DNA from: Mobula birostris
Taxonomy: Eukaryota
NCBI RefSeq assembly: GCF_030028105.1
Contig: NC_092379.1
Location: 46,734,150 to 46,798,149, forward strand
Length of the DNA: 64,000 bases
Direction: 5' to 3'
Shown here: piece after piece, positions 46,506-59,360 of the stretch
How the letters are laid out: each line of letters opens with the position of its first letter
Position numbering within the stretch: position 1 is the first letter of the stretch
Notes under the pieces: generated by a model
Told to the model about the DNA's origin: nothing
The model's database searches: none
Seen by the model: only the letters and a program-made list of their open reading frames with translations
Position numbers and translations under genes: made by a program

Positions 46506-49500
46506 AAGATCAAAAACCATAAGACATAGGAACAGAATTAGGCCATTCAGCCCATCGAGTCTGCTCCGCCATTCCATCATGGCTGATCCCGGATCCCACT
46601 CAACCCCATACGCCTGTCTTTTCGCCATATCTTTTGATGCCCGGACCGATCGGGAAACGATCACCTTCCGCCTTAACTATATGCACGGACGGCCTCCACC
46701 GCAGTTTGTAGCAGAGCATTCCACAGATGTACTACGCTCTGGCTGAAAGAATTCCTCCTTACCTCTGTTCTAAGGGTCGCCCGTCAATGTTGAGGCTGTG
46801 CCATCTAGTTCTCGATACCCGCACCATAGAAAACATCCTTTCCACATCACTGTAACTCGTCCTTTCAACAATAGGTAGGTTTCAACGAGATCCACACGCA
46901 TTCTTCTCAATTCCAGTGCGTATAGTCCCAAAGCTACCATACGCTCCGCATATGTACTTCCCGTCATTTCTGGAATCATCCTCGTGAACCACCTCAGGAC
47001 TCTCTCCAATGACAACACATCCTTTCTGAGATATGCGGCCCAAAACTGTTGACAATACATAAACTGCGACCTCACTGGTGTCTTATAAAGGCTCAGCACA
47101 AACTCCTTGCTTTTATATTCTATTCCCCTTGAAATAAATGCCAACATTGCATTTGCCTTCTTTACCACAGACTCAACCTGTAAATTAACCTTCTGGGAGA
47201 CTTGCACGAGGACACCTAAGTCCCTCTGCACCTCTGATATTTGAAACTTCTACCCATTTAGATAATAGTCCGCACTGTTGTTCCTTTTACCAAAATGTAT
47301 TATCATATATTTCCCAACACTGTGTTCCATTTGCCACTTTTCCCCATTATTCCAATTTATCTAAGCCCTGCTGCAATTGCATTGCTTCCTCAGCACTACC
47401 TACCCCTCCACCTATCTTCGTACCATCCGCAAATTCTACCACGACGCCATCAATTCGACTATGTAAACCACTGATAAACAATATGAAAAGCAGCTGTCCT
47501 ATTACTGACCCCTGAGGAACACCACTAGTCACTGGCAGCCAACCCGAAAAAAGGCTTCTTTTATTCCCATTCACTGCCTCCTACCTGTCAGCTATTCTGG
47601 AATCCACGCCAGCAGCTTTCCAGTAACGAGATAGGGTTTTATCTTGTTGAGCAGCCTCATGTGTGGCAGCTTATCAAACCCCTTCTGAGAATCCAAGTAA
47701 ATGATATCCACTCCCTCGCCTCTGTCCATCCTGGTTGTTACTTCCTCGAAGAACTCTAACAGATTTGTCAGGCAGGATTTCCCTTCACAGAAACTATGCT
47801 TACTTTGAATTAACTTTATCATCAGTCTCCAAGTACCTCTAAACCTCATCCTTAATTATAGACTCCAACACTTTCCTGTCCACTAAGATTAGGCTAACTG
47901 GCCTATAACCCTCCCTTCTTAAAGAGTGGAGTGACATTTGCAATCTTCCAGTCCTCCGGGACCATGCCAGAATCAAGTGATTCTTGAAAGATCATGGCCA
48001 ATGCATCCGTTATCTCTTCAGCAATCTCTCTGAGGACTCTGGGATGTAGACCATCTAGCCCAGGTGATTTACGTACCTTAAGAGTAAACGACAGGTGAGA
48101 GTAGATAAAGGACCGATAGAAAATGATGCTGGAGAAATTGTAATGGGAGATAAGGAGATGGCCGAGGAACTGAACGAGTATTTTGCATCAGTCTTCACTG
48201 AGGAAGACATCAGTAGTATACCGGACACTCAAGGGTGGCAGGGAAGAGAAGTGTGCGCAGTCACAATTACGACAGAGAACGTACTCAGGAAGCTAAGTAG
48301 TCTAAAGGTAGATAAATCTAACGGACCAGATGGAATGCACCCTCGTGTTCTGAAGGAAGTAGCTGTGGAGATTGCGGAGGCATTAGCGATGATCTTTCAA
48401 AAGCCGGTAGATTGTGGCATGGTTCCGGAGGACTGGAAGATTGCAAATGTCACTCTGCTATTTAAGAAGGGGGCAAGGAAGCAAAACGGAAATTATAGAC
48501 CTGGTAGCTTGACATCGGTGTTTGGGGAGTTGTTGGAGTCGATTGTCAAGGATGAGGTTACAGAGTACCAGGAGGCATATGACAAGATAGGCAGAACTCA
48601 GCATGGATTCCTTAAAGGAAAATCCTGCCTAACAAACCTATTACATTTTTTGAGGAAATTAAAAGTAGGCTAGACAAGGGAGATGCAGTGGATGTTGTAT
48701 ATTTGGATTTTCAGAAGGCCTTTGACAAGGTGCCACACATGAGGCTACTTAACAAGATAAGGGCCCATGGAATTACGGGAAAGTTACATACGTGGATAGA
48801 GCGTTGGATGATTGGCAGGAAACAGAGAGTGGGAATAAAGGGATCCTATTCTGGTTGGCTGCCGGTTACCAGTGGTGTTCCACAGGGATCAGTGTTGGGG
48901 CCACTTCTTTCTACATTGTACATCCAACGATTTGGATTATGGAATAGATGGCTTTGTGGCTAAGTTTGCTGACGATACGAAGATAGGTGGAGGGGCCGAT
49001 AGTGCTGAGGAAACAGAGAGTCTGCAGATAGGCTTGGATAGATTGGAAGAATGGGCAAGGAAGAGGCAAATGAAATACAATGTTGGAAAGTGTATGGTTA
49101 TGCGCTTTGGCAGAAGTAATAAACGGGCAGACTATTATTTAAATGCGGAAAGAATTCCAAGTTCTGAGATGCAACGGGACTTGGGAGTCCTCGTACAGGA
49201 TACCCTTAAGGTTAACCTCCAGGTTGAGTCGGTGGTGAAGAAGGCGAATGCAATGTTGGCATTAATTTCTAGAGGAATAGAGTATAGGAGCAGGGATGTG
49301 ATGTTGAGGTTCTATAAGGCGCTGGTGAGACCTCACTTGGAGTACTGTGGGCAGTTTTGGTCTCCTTATTTAAGAAAGGATGTGCTGACGTTGGAGAGGT
49401 TACAGAGAAGATTCACTAGAATGATTCCGGGAATGAAAGGGTTAACATATGAGGAACGTTTGTCTGCTCTTGGACTGTATTCCTTGGAGTATAAGAGAAT

Positions 49501-50523
49501 TAGGGGAGACCTCATAGAAACATTTCGAATGTTAAAAGGCATGGACGGAGTGGATGTGGCAAAGTTGTTTCCCATGATGGGGGGGGCGGGTCTAGTATGA
49601 GAGGGCATGAATTAAGGATCGAAGGGCCCCTATTCAGAACAGAAATGCGAAGACATTTTTTTAGCCAGAGGGTGGTGAATCTATGGAATTTGTTGCCACG
49701 GGCAGCAGTGGAGGCCAAGTCATTGGGTGTATTTAAGGCAGAAGTTGATAGGTATCTGAGTAGCCAGAGCAACAAAGATTGTGGTGAGAAGGCGAGGGAG
49801 TGGGACTAAATGGGAGAATGGATCAGCTCATGATAAAATGGCGGAGCAGACTCGAATGGCCGACTTATGCTCCTTTGTCTTATGGTATTATGGTCTTAAG
49901 ACCTTTAAGTTTGCCTAGCACTTTTTTTCCTTTGTAATAGCAATGGCACTCGTTCCTGCTCCCTGATGCCCATGGATCTCTGGTACGCTGCTAGTGTCTT
50001 CCACAGTGAAGATGGATGCAAAGTACCCATTACGTTCATCTGATACTTCTTTGCCCCCATTACTACCTTACCAGCATCATTTTCTAATGGTCCAATATTA
50101 ACTCTCACCTCCCTTTTACCCTTTATATAATTTTAAAAAACTTTTAATATCCTGCTTTATATTACTGGCCAGTCTGTCCTCATATTTGACTTTTACCCTT
50201 CTTATAGATTTTTTTAGTTGCCTTTTGTAAAGCTCTCCAACCATCTAAATTTCCACTCACTTCGACTACCTTATATGCCCTTTCCTTGGTTTTTATGCAG
50301 TCCTTATCTTCCTTTGTCAGCCACGGTTGCCTACCTCTGCCATTTGAGAATATCTTTCTCTCTGGAACATATCTATCCTGCGCCTTGTGAAACTTCAGCC
50401 ATCTCTGCTCTGCCGTCATCCCCACCAGTATCCTCTTCCAATCTACCTGGACACGCTCCTCTCTCATGCCTCTATAATTCCATTTATTCCATTGCGATAC
50501 AGACACATGCGAGTTATGCTTCT
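46506..50523 (-). mobile_element. CR1 LINE (minus) split at 48083/49895 by a younger plus-strand CR1; host is a SINE
   Basis: QRDLGVLVQVSQKVNLQVESVVKKAN..., KHSFCEGKSCLTNLLEFF; continues after 49895 with GPLENDAG. SINE halves at ~46400-46505 and 50524-50740. Confidence 0.85.
48084..49894 (+). mobile_element. Young 5'-truncated CR1 LINE (RT to 3' UTR)
   Basis: Nearly continuous ORF2 (QHGFLKGKSCLTNL, GVPQGSVLGP, FADDTK, PHLEYCGQFW); tail TTATGGTATTATGGT; CTTAAGA at 48077-48083 and 49895-49901. Confidence 0.92.
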
Positions 50524-52557
50524 CAGTGACCCCAATTAACCAACCCGGTACGTTTTTCTTTGACTCTGGGAAGAAACTGGAGCATCTGGGAAAAAAAACC
50601 GTGCATTCCTCGGGCAGAACGTAGAGACATCTTACAGAACAGCGCAGGCATTAAACTCCGAACTCCAGAATGCTCCGAGCGGTAATAGCGTCGCGCTTCC
50701 GTGGCTCCGTGTTGTTGTTTGGCAAAGGTCGGAGCCATTAATTGCACCAAAGAAAATGATGAAAATCAATTATACAAGCACAATGGCGTCATCGTATTAG
50801 ATGGTTAGGACAGTTTAGCAAACTTCAGGAGCTTCATTAATGAACTCCTTTCCATGATAAGCACAGATGGTCGTTTATGTAAGCATATTGGACAAATCTA
50901 ATCACAACGCCTCATCAAATGAAGCAGTCCATGTATCCTTGCGGGAAGGTCGATACCATATCCTAACGTTGGCACCGACTGCCAAGTGAGATTTCTACGA
51001 CATAGGTTCCAGACAATAACTAAAATAAATTGTAACAATCTGCTCTGGATATTCATTGGTTCATGCACAAGAACATTCAGAACACTCCAAACACCAACAT
51101 ACTTCAGTCTCCGACCATTCATAAAATACACTATCGTCATATTTATTTTTCCTCACGTTTTCCACCTTACATTCAATCTGCTAAGTAGTTACCAATTTAC
51201 TTATCTTGTCTAAATGCCACAAAATTCTCTCAGAATCTTTCCCACAGCCCACGATGCCACATAGTTTGTATTCCCAGTAAACAGACATATTACAGTGTAT
51301 CCCCCAGTAATATCATAGAAATAGACTAAGAGAATCTGAATCCCCAGTATCGATCGCCTCAACTTTTAGGGCCATAAACTTTTATTTCATTCGCTTCTGG
51401 TACATGGTTGCTGTACTGTTTAACATATACAAAATGGACTGCTTTTATTCACCTGTGCTACTTTGACAGTACCTCCCAAACACAAAATACCATGATGGAC
51501 AGAGGAAGTAGAGTATAGCACCTCCCCTTCAGTTTCGATGGGTTTGCATGCCGTAACACGCTACCCAACAGCAGTGAAAATTATGCTTCACCAGAAACAT
51601 TAAAGCAATTTAGGAAAATAGCTCACATTTTCTATGCAAGACAGGTAAACAATGGACTTAACAGCTGCATCGAGAATCGAAACAAAAGTAATAGAGCAAA
51701 ATTACAAAAGGCTCGTGCGCACTTGAAACTGAATTCCTCCTCCAAATGTTACTGTATTTTTAATACCACAGTTTATATTTTTTCTGGAATGCGTTGGGTG
51801 ATAAATAATGCAAGTGTCGGCTCATACATCGCAGTAGACTTATTATTTTCAAGATCAATTCAGTGGCAAGCGCTCCCTGCTAATACGTGTTTCCGTTATA
51901 TTTTATGGCACGTGGTAACCTACGGAGTCAGCGTGGCCGCTTCGGTTTCACGTTACTGGCAAATTCTCCTTTTTCCAGTGGAGTCGCTCCCACGAAATAT
52001 GACCTAAAATATTGAACAGCTAGCCACAAAACAGTGTTCTTTATTAGAATTCATTGGCATGTTATATTTTGTTTTCTTATTTCGAAGAGCGTTCTACTCC
52101 GTCCATAATGGAGAAAGTGCTGCAGTTTCTGAGTATAACTTTCCGCTTAATTGTTCGATCAACTTGTTTTAGAACCACACTGGGGACTGGAAGACAAACC
52201 TTTTGCGCAATTTGTGTGAATACCCATGAAGGAAACCACGTTTTCCCTCAGTATTTTGAAGATTTAAGGGTGAACGTTTGCATCCATGAATGGGAGAAAG
52301 TACTTACTGTTAAAGTCATGTCAATGTACTGTTTGCGCTGTGGTGTAAGTAAATGGGAGAGTCAATGAGGATATCAGACAAGGAAGACAGAGGAGTCAGG
52401 GTGATAAGGCAAGAATAGCTGTATTAGGCAAGCAGAAAAAAGTCACAGAGAAATGCGTAGTAAGTGGGATTATGAGCTACTCCGGCCTGTTACAGTTGTT
52501 AAAATCCACATCTTGAACATCACAGAATGAATATAACCATTCCCACTTTCTTGCCAG

Positions 52558-52878
52558 AAGAATGCCGTGAGGCTGATATTAATGTCATCATAAAAAAGCC
52601 TTCCTTTGAAGAGATTTGGACACTTCGGAGAGCAACAATTGTGTGCGAAGTGGTTTACGCAGATTTGCAGAATGTCACAGTCTCCTGGCGAGTAAATGGA
52701 AGTCGGAGAGTGAACGGAGTGGAGACACACGGTCCAGAGTGGAGGGGAAGTAAATCCGTCATCGTCACCAAACTGAAGGTCAGTGTAGAGGAGTGGAACA
52801 GTGGAACCGAATACCTGTGCTTCGTCGAACACCGTGATCTGCCAACACCACTGAAAATCGCCACCAAAAAATCCAAGG
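52558..52878 (+). CDS. IgNAR: IgNAR C4 exon
   Basis: TTGCCAG|AA, EECREADINVIIKKPSFEEIWTLRRATIVCEVVYADL...HGPEWRGSKSVIVTKLKV...LPTPLKIATKKSK, G|GTAAG. Keeps the N-terminal non-canonical Cys. Confidence 0.96.
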
Positions 52879-53279
52879 GTAAGTGCCTTGAGGCCGCATG
52901 GTACATCAAATAAACTTGTAGCAGTGACATTCATGAACTTGTCAACAGAATCGAAAATATAATCTCCTCTATTCTGTTGCGTAACAGCAACCCAAACGAA
53001 AAAAAAACTGATCAGGACACCCGTGGTAACGTAGAAAAGAAGTAAATACAGCACACATTCAGATAAATAAAACTGCAAATTTATACATGGTATCTTAATA
53101 ACAACGAGCAAATGCAACAACTTATTTATATTTGGAGCTGATATGCCTGGTGTTGAAAAGCTGATCTCATTCCTGAGTTTGTTGATATTTGAACACCCGG
53201 AGTCCGGTGAAGATGCAAAATGCGGAGTAATCAGCAAGTCACAGATGAAACTAATTTAACATATGTGTTTCCCTTCCAG

Positions 53280-53600
53280 TTACTGAAATGCACCGCCCTA
53301 AAGCTTACCTCTTGTACCCATCAGCTGAAGAGATTCAAGCCGAGGAAGCAGCTACCCTAATTTGCCTCGCGACCGGTTTTTATCCGGAAGATATATACGT
53401 TGGTTGGATGGCCAATGACACTCTTTTGCATTCGGGATACTCCATCCAACCTAACAGCAATAAGGAAAACGGCTCTAACTCGGTAACCAGCAAGCTGAGG
53501 ATCAGCGCAGAAGATTGGGAGAAGGCAACCACCTATAGCTGTTTGGTTGGACATCCGTCGCTATCAACAAATTTAGTCAGAAGTATTAATAAATTCCACG
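53280..53600 (+). CDS. IgNAR: IgNAR C5 domain (5' part of C5/Sec exon)
   Basis: CCTTCCAG|TT, VTEMHRPKAYLLYPSAEEI...IYVGWMANDTLL...YSCLVGHPSLSTNLVRSINKFH. Internal donor G|GTAAAC at 53601 for the membrane form. Confidence 0.96.
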
Positions 53601-53662
53601 GTAAACCTACTTTAGTTAACGTGTCACTCGTTCTAACTGACAGCTTTAAATCGTGTGTCTAA
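53601..53662 (+). CDS. IgNAR: Secretory tailpiece GKPTLVNVSLVLTDSFKSCV*
   Basis: Contiguous with C5, has an N-glycosylation sequon NVS and a penultimate Cys, as in IgM/IgNAR tailpieces. Confidence 0.95.
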
Positions 53663-53960
53663 TTATCCGTGAATTAATTACTAATAGTTTGGAAGTGTGT
53701 ATTGCTTACTGCGTAGCTGCTTGAGTTTCCGTTTTGCTGATTTACTGAAGACCACGCATAGCATTCACTCTTCAGATTATCCCACCGTAAATGAAATATT
53801 TCCTTAATCTCATCAGTTCGATAACGTTGTGATGAGCTCTAGATAACATTGGAATGCTTTTAACTTTACGGTGATTTTGAAAATATAGTACTTCGGAGAT
53901 GTTAGTAAGTCGCGGATAGATAGCAGAGAGCAATTTATTCTGTATGCTACATTACATTGA

Positions 53961-53966
53961 AATAAA
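53961..53966 (+). terminator. Candidate polyadenylation signal for the secreted form
   Basis: First AATAAA I saw after the Sec stop, about 300 nt downstream. Confidence 0.55.
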
Positions 53967-54329
53967 TTCAGAATGAAAACTTCTTGGCTTCCACATGTGT
54001 GCTCTTATCTTTGCTCTTAAGAGTAAAACATATTCAGTTTTAACTATTAGCTTCGTAAATATATGCAGTATACTTCTATGCTTTCCTTTTCACATGTCGC
54101 AAATATGGCAGGGAGACGGGAGAGGCAACGTGTAGCGGTAATTACTGAGGTTATTCAGTTCCTAGCAGTTCGTGGAGATTAGATTGGAGATCTGATTTGA
54201 CGGATAAACTCGTTCGTGCATGTGTACCCGTCACCTGAACTTTAAAAGCAAAAAGTCCATAGTCAATAGACAACAGCTCGGAATAAGGATCAGGATTATT
54301 TTCATTGACGATGTCGCGAATTTTACTGT

Positions 54330-55120
54330 TTGCGGCAGCAGTACAACGCGATACATAAAACATACTGAAAAATACAGTAACAAAGAGATGCTTAAAAATA
54401 AATGAGTAGTGATAAAAGGGGGGAAACCAGTGAGGTAGTTTTCATGTGTTCATGGATTATTCAGAATCTGATGAAGAAGGGACAGAAGCTGTTCCGAAAA
54501 AGTTGAGTGTGTGCCTTCATACCCCAGTACTTCCGATGGCAATAATGAGAAAGTGGCTCATCCTGGATGGTGGGAGCCCTTAATGATTGTTGCCAACCCT
54601 TTGTGGCACCGCCTTTTGACATGTTCTCACTGTTGGGAAGCCTCGTGCCTATGAAGAAGCTGCACATAACCCTCTGCGGTATTTACGGTTCCCTTGCAGT
54701 GGCGCCTAAATACCAGGTGGCGGTTCAGCCAGTTAGAATGCTGACGTCTTGAATGTTAGACTTCTGTAAAAATTTGGCAGGGTCTTTGTTGATATACCAA
54801 ATCTTCTCTAACTCTTAATAAAATATACCACTGGCATGCTTATTTTCCTATTTACATCCATATTATGGGATCTGGATAGATCTTCAGAGAATACATCCTG
54901 GAACTTGACATGCCTCACCTTTTGCACTGCTGACTCCTCGATTAGGACCGGGGTGTGTTTCTTTGACTTCTGCTTTCTGAAGTCGACATAAATTAATTTC
55001 TCTTAGTCTTGTTGAGAACAGGGTTGTTGCTGCGGCACCACTCAACCAGCTGATTAATCTCACTGCTGTATGCCTCTTCGTCACACTCTGAGATTCTGCT
55101 GACAGAAGTTTCATAGGCAA
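54330..55120 (-). mobile_element. Rex1/Babar 3' fragment in the C5-TM intron
   Basis: IQDEPLSHYCHRKYWGMKAHTQLFRNSFCP; ATTLFSTRLREIN. Confidence 0.7.
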
Positions 55121-57358
55121 ATTTGTAAATCGCGTTCATGCCAAAATCGTATTCGGAAAGATAAACCAAGCTGATGGTTTTCAGATTTCATTCCAATCTA
55201 TTCAGAGATAGCCAGGAAATATCCTGCAGTAATATCTCTTCCTACTCCCAGATTAATACTCTACCGTTTCCATCGGGAACATTTCCTTCTCATCTCTTTG
55301 TGAATACAGTACATGGTGTTTGGTTGCTGATTTCAAGCAGAAACATACCTGATGCTAGGTACATAGTATTGTCCTCTATGTTCCATTTGGCCTCTAACGC
55401 TGATTATGCGGCATCCAGTGCTCAAAAGAATTGGGAAGGCCGAAGCCATTGACATCAGCGAAACCTAGAAGTGTTTCGTCTGCCACCATCCCTGTTCCTA
55501 GTACAGTAGATGGCTGAAGCGGAAATTCATGTTCGCTATAACATGATCTTAGTTAACACCTGCTTCTCAGTCTGCCTGAACTGAACTGCCACTACAAAGC
55601 TTATCCTTGTATTAGTTCTGAGCACCCACGAACATGGCATTGCCCTGCCGAAAGCCCTCCAGTCTTTCACATTTTATATAACAGAGACTATGCCATCGTG
55701 TTCTAGAAGACAGGATATTTGACTTACCTTCCCTATGCATCTTGACATACACGAGTTATAGATCTGCCAAAGTCTCTCTGTGAAGATATTTATCTTGAAA
55801 TTGAGAGCTTCCACAGCCTCGTCCTTGCCCTCTCAATCTCGTTATGCCCTACCCGATATCTCAAGCTGGATCGCTTTTCAGGCTCCTTGGCACAATAATT
55901 GACAGTCTTGTGAAGTTCCCAAACATTGTAACCAGTTCAGTAACTGTCTGCACCTTTCCTTGTCTATTTATATTAATATGCTACTTTAATCTAGATGTTT
56001 AGGTGTGTGTTTTAAATATGCTGTTAAATATTTTCCGTGATTTTTCTGTGAATGTTACTGTCATAACCTAAGTAAACACACCTCAGTGAGAACTATCATC
56101 CATCTAACTGCTCCTCTCGGCCCCGGGCTTTCCTTCAGCCAAACTCGATGTCGGAAGCTTTGTGTGCATGATTCAGCTCAGGGCCTGGCTGATATGGTTA
56201 ACGCGCGAGACAGAGTGAACATCAAGAGAACAGTGTTAAAATTTAAGAAAACACCGTCTTAGACTGAAATGGGCAATAAAGGGTCCAAGACTAACTGATC
56301 TGCAAGGAGGGTGGAACTTGTAGTTACGTAAAAATTGTTGCGTCAGTTGCAGTCGAAGTCAATCCAATGTTGCTGTATCCAACAATTTGAATTCCAAATG
56401 ATCATCAGAAGTGGCGTTAAAAGTCAGTTTTATATTATCTTGGCTCCTCTGCAGGTAATTGAATTTTGAGGATTCTACGGTCTTGCTCAATAGGGCCCAA
56501 TGTATTCTATTTAGCACTGCTCACCACAGTTAATAACCACTCAGTTGACAGTACAGAGAAGAGCAAGTGAATGTTGGCCATACAATTGACAACATTGTAA
56601 ACATATGAAGGGATATTAATAAATGCAAGAATAGGCTATGTTCCAACAAATATTGTATCGTGTCAGGAGCTCAGTTTAGAAGAGAAGTGAAATATCTATT
56701 TAAAGCATCAATGTGTTCGAAAGAGATGAAAGAAGTTCGTGGATGCAGATTACTGCAAAGCCACGAACTAAAGCTGCAGCCAAAGGCGAGTAGTATAAGT
56801 AGTATAAGCTTGCGTTTAAAAGAGCAAAACACACAAGTTGAAGGCATGCTGCAACTACATAAAGCACAGCCCGCCAAAGGAAAGGGGGTCACATGTACGT
56901 ACTGAATTCTATATTTCCTTTACTCTGTGGGATGTGGTAAGGCTGCTCGGTATATGTTAGGAGTGGGAGGTGAATAACAGCGCTCTCCCTCATCTGATCT
57001 CGCTTTCATGATTTTGAAAAAGGGATTTCACCATCTGGGTTTGTGTTATGTAAAACCCGGATCAAGTGGATACGTGATCAGTTATTTTAAAAATATATCA
57101 AGTAGAATTGACAAGGGCGACACAGAACTATTTTCTTTAGTTAGAACTTGGTCTAACTAATCGAGTCATGCACGCAGTGAAGTAAGTTTGGAATTACAGT
57201 ACACATTAAGGATGCCACTGAGCGAATATTAAATTGAAATCTGAAGTTGAGAACAGTCTGATTAACGAGTACGTCAAGGGAAGTGGGTTATCGACGTATT
57301 TGGCTTTCTGCTAAGAAAACATATAAAATCCAGTAAAACTCTAATCTATCGATTTCAG

Positions 57359-57516
57359 CAACCTGTGAAATTCCGGAAGAGTTGGGCGACTATTCAGGCG
57401 ATGAAGAAAGATTCGAAAACCTGGATGAAGATGTTGGTTCTTCTTCAGCGCTTATCACATTTGTGATCCTCTTTATGATGAGTATGATGTACAGCGCATT
57501 TTCAACGACTATTAAG
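57359..57516 (+). CDS. IgNAR: IgNAR transmembrane exon TM1
   Basis: GATTTCAG|CA, ATCEIPEELGDYSGDEERFENLDEDVGSSSALITFVILFMMSMMYSAFSTTIK, |GTATT. Acidic connecting peptide with Cys, then an antigen-receptor TM motif (T-F..LF..S..YS). In phase with the C5 internal donor. Confidence 0.92.
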
Positions 57517-57886
57517 GTATTAACGACTTTCAATGGTCCGATAGTCTATGCAAACACATTAAAATGTTTGCCGTATATTTCACATTTCGAGTTGTGAATT
57601 AATCAGTCTAACAGAAACTTAATTCATGTTTCTCCCAGTGTGTGGTTGGGTTTCGGTGAAGCTTCCCTGGCGCTTACAGTCCATACCTAATATCTCTCAT
57701 GAACGTGACGTCCCTGCATAAAACAATTAAAAGACCATTGCCGAAGATTACAACAAAAGGAAGGAATTACTGACAATGCCAGCGGGATTTGTCAAGCAAA
57801 TGCGATAAACAAAAGAGAAGGAAAAAAGAGCATGATGTATTTTAATTCATTTTCTGAATGCGTAGATTCTTACATTCACTCTTAGA

Positions 57887-57888
<2 letters not shown>

Positions 57889-57926
<38 letters not shown>

Positions 57927-57934
57927 CGCGCGCG
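57889..57934. repeat. (TG)15(CG)8 alternating purine-pyrimidine tract
   Basis: Directly visible. Confidence 0.97.
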
Positions 57935-58679
57935 TTTAATTGAGAGAAAGGCACAGAGAGAGACCAGGAGCTGTAAAGGAGACGAGAACTCGTCGATAAA
58001 AACATTCATTTATGCTTAAACTTCATTGAAGTGAAGAAACGAGGGGCATATTGATTAGGAAGCGATGCGGTATTTCTCGGTTAGGAATCTGATGAGAAAA
58101 CAGTCATTTTCCAGCAAGTTATCAGCGTGTCCAATTTTAGGGAGAGTAAATGTAATTAGAAAGTTGAATGGTGGAACTACTAAATTGGTATTTAGCAAAT
58201 ATCAATGAGTTATGCTAATCAACACAGGTGACGTTTACAAGATTGATAACTGACCAATGAATAAATGGTGGTAGTCAAATTTTATAATGAAATCTCTATA
58301 GAATTCTGTTCATATACAGAGTTATAACAAACAAAGAATACAGTGATGGTAAAAATGGATGTGAGGATGTTGCATAGAAGCAGAGGACAGGTGATTGATT
58401 CCTCGAGTTGTTTTTTTCCACATAATAAAATAATTCTTGATTCGGATGAGCATGCAACCTATGAAGCTTACACGACTAATACAAATCAAACATATTCACT
58501 TTTGAAAGATTCGGCCACGGCAGTAATAGCTTACTTGGCGAAAATATTCCATGTGAATCTCAGTGCCAGCAGCCATGGAATATTTTTAAGGTCATTCCCA
58601 CCTTATTGCATCATCTTCATCTAGAGGAAATAAGTTACATTTTGTTAACCTTCAAACGTGTGGAGAATTATAACAGAAA

Positions 58680-59360
58680 ACGCTGAATCACTGGAAATAC
58701 TGAGCAGTTTAAGCTGTATCTGTGGGAAGCAAAATACAGTTAACAATTGAGTTTGAAACCCCTTCTTCAGAACTTGCGAGGAGACAAAGAAACTTGTAAA
58801 GTACAATGTTTCTGACAGTGACAGCATAAAACCAGGATGATCACGGTGATAAGATATGAACAAGATTGCCTGATCTAAGTGTTAATGAGAGCTCTTCGAG
58901 AATTAGAAAGCAAGGAGAGGTACACAGACATAGGAACGACCCAGAAGAAACTGCAGAAGCTGGCAATCGGGCACAGAAACATACTACTTGAGGCATTTGT
59001 CGGGTCATGCAAGATTGTGAGGGGAAAGTTTCGGAAGTTGAGGCAGTGTATCAGAACTGAAGTTAAGAAAGAATGTGGCCTCTATAAAGAGGAGAGCAGA
59101 AAGTTGACCCAAAAGGCTGAAGGTGAAAATCTTACCTAGCCGAGGTGACAGACATGGGCAGAAGCAGGTAAATGTGAGGAGGGAGAGAATTTGTTGAAAT
59201 ATATAGGCAGGTATGTGATAGGTGGAGGCGGACAAAGGTAAAGCAAACAATCAGACAGGTGTACCCAGGCGGGGAGGTGAGAATAAATATGGAGACTAAG
59301 GATGGATGCTGATATGCGGGGATAAAAGAGCTGCACCTACTGGAATTTGACAACTAGTGG
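58680..59360. mobile_element. Penelope-type tail fragments with degenerate hammerhead (58738-58774, minus)
   Basis: Minus strand AGTT-CTGAAGA-...-AACT with stem I intact and GAAA lost. Confidence 0.6.

Larger units (their letters stand above)
31036..57516 (+). other. IgNAR: IgNAR gene cluster, germline split configuration L-V-D1-D2-D3-J-C1-C2-C3-C4-C5-Sec-TM1
   Basis: All segments lie in the order known for shark IgNAR clusters (1 V, 3 D, 1 J, 5 C). Every exon has GT/AG junctions in phase 1, and I saw no disabling mutation. Confidence 0.97.

Noticed and set aside
52470-53237. Longest minus-strand ORF (255 aa)
   Set aside because: Antisense shadow of C4 plus intron, with no recognisable motif.
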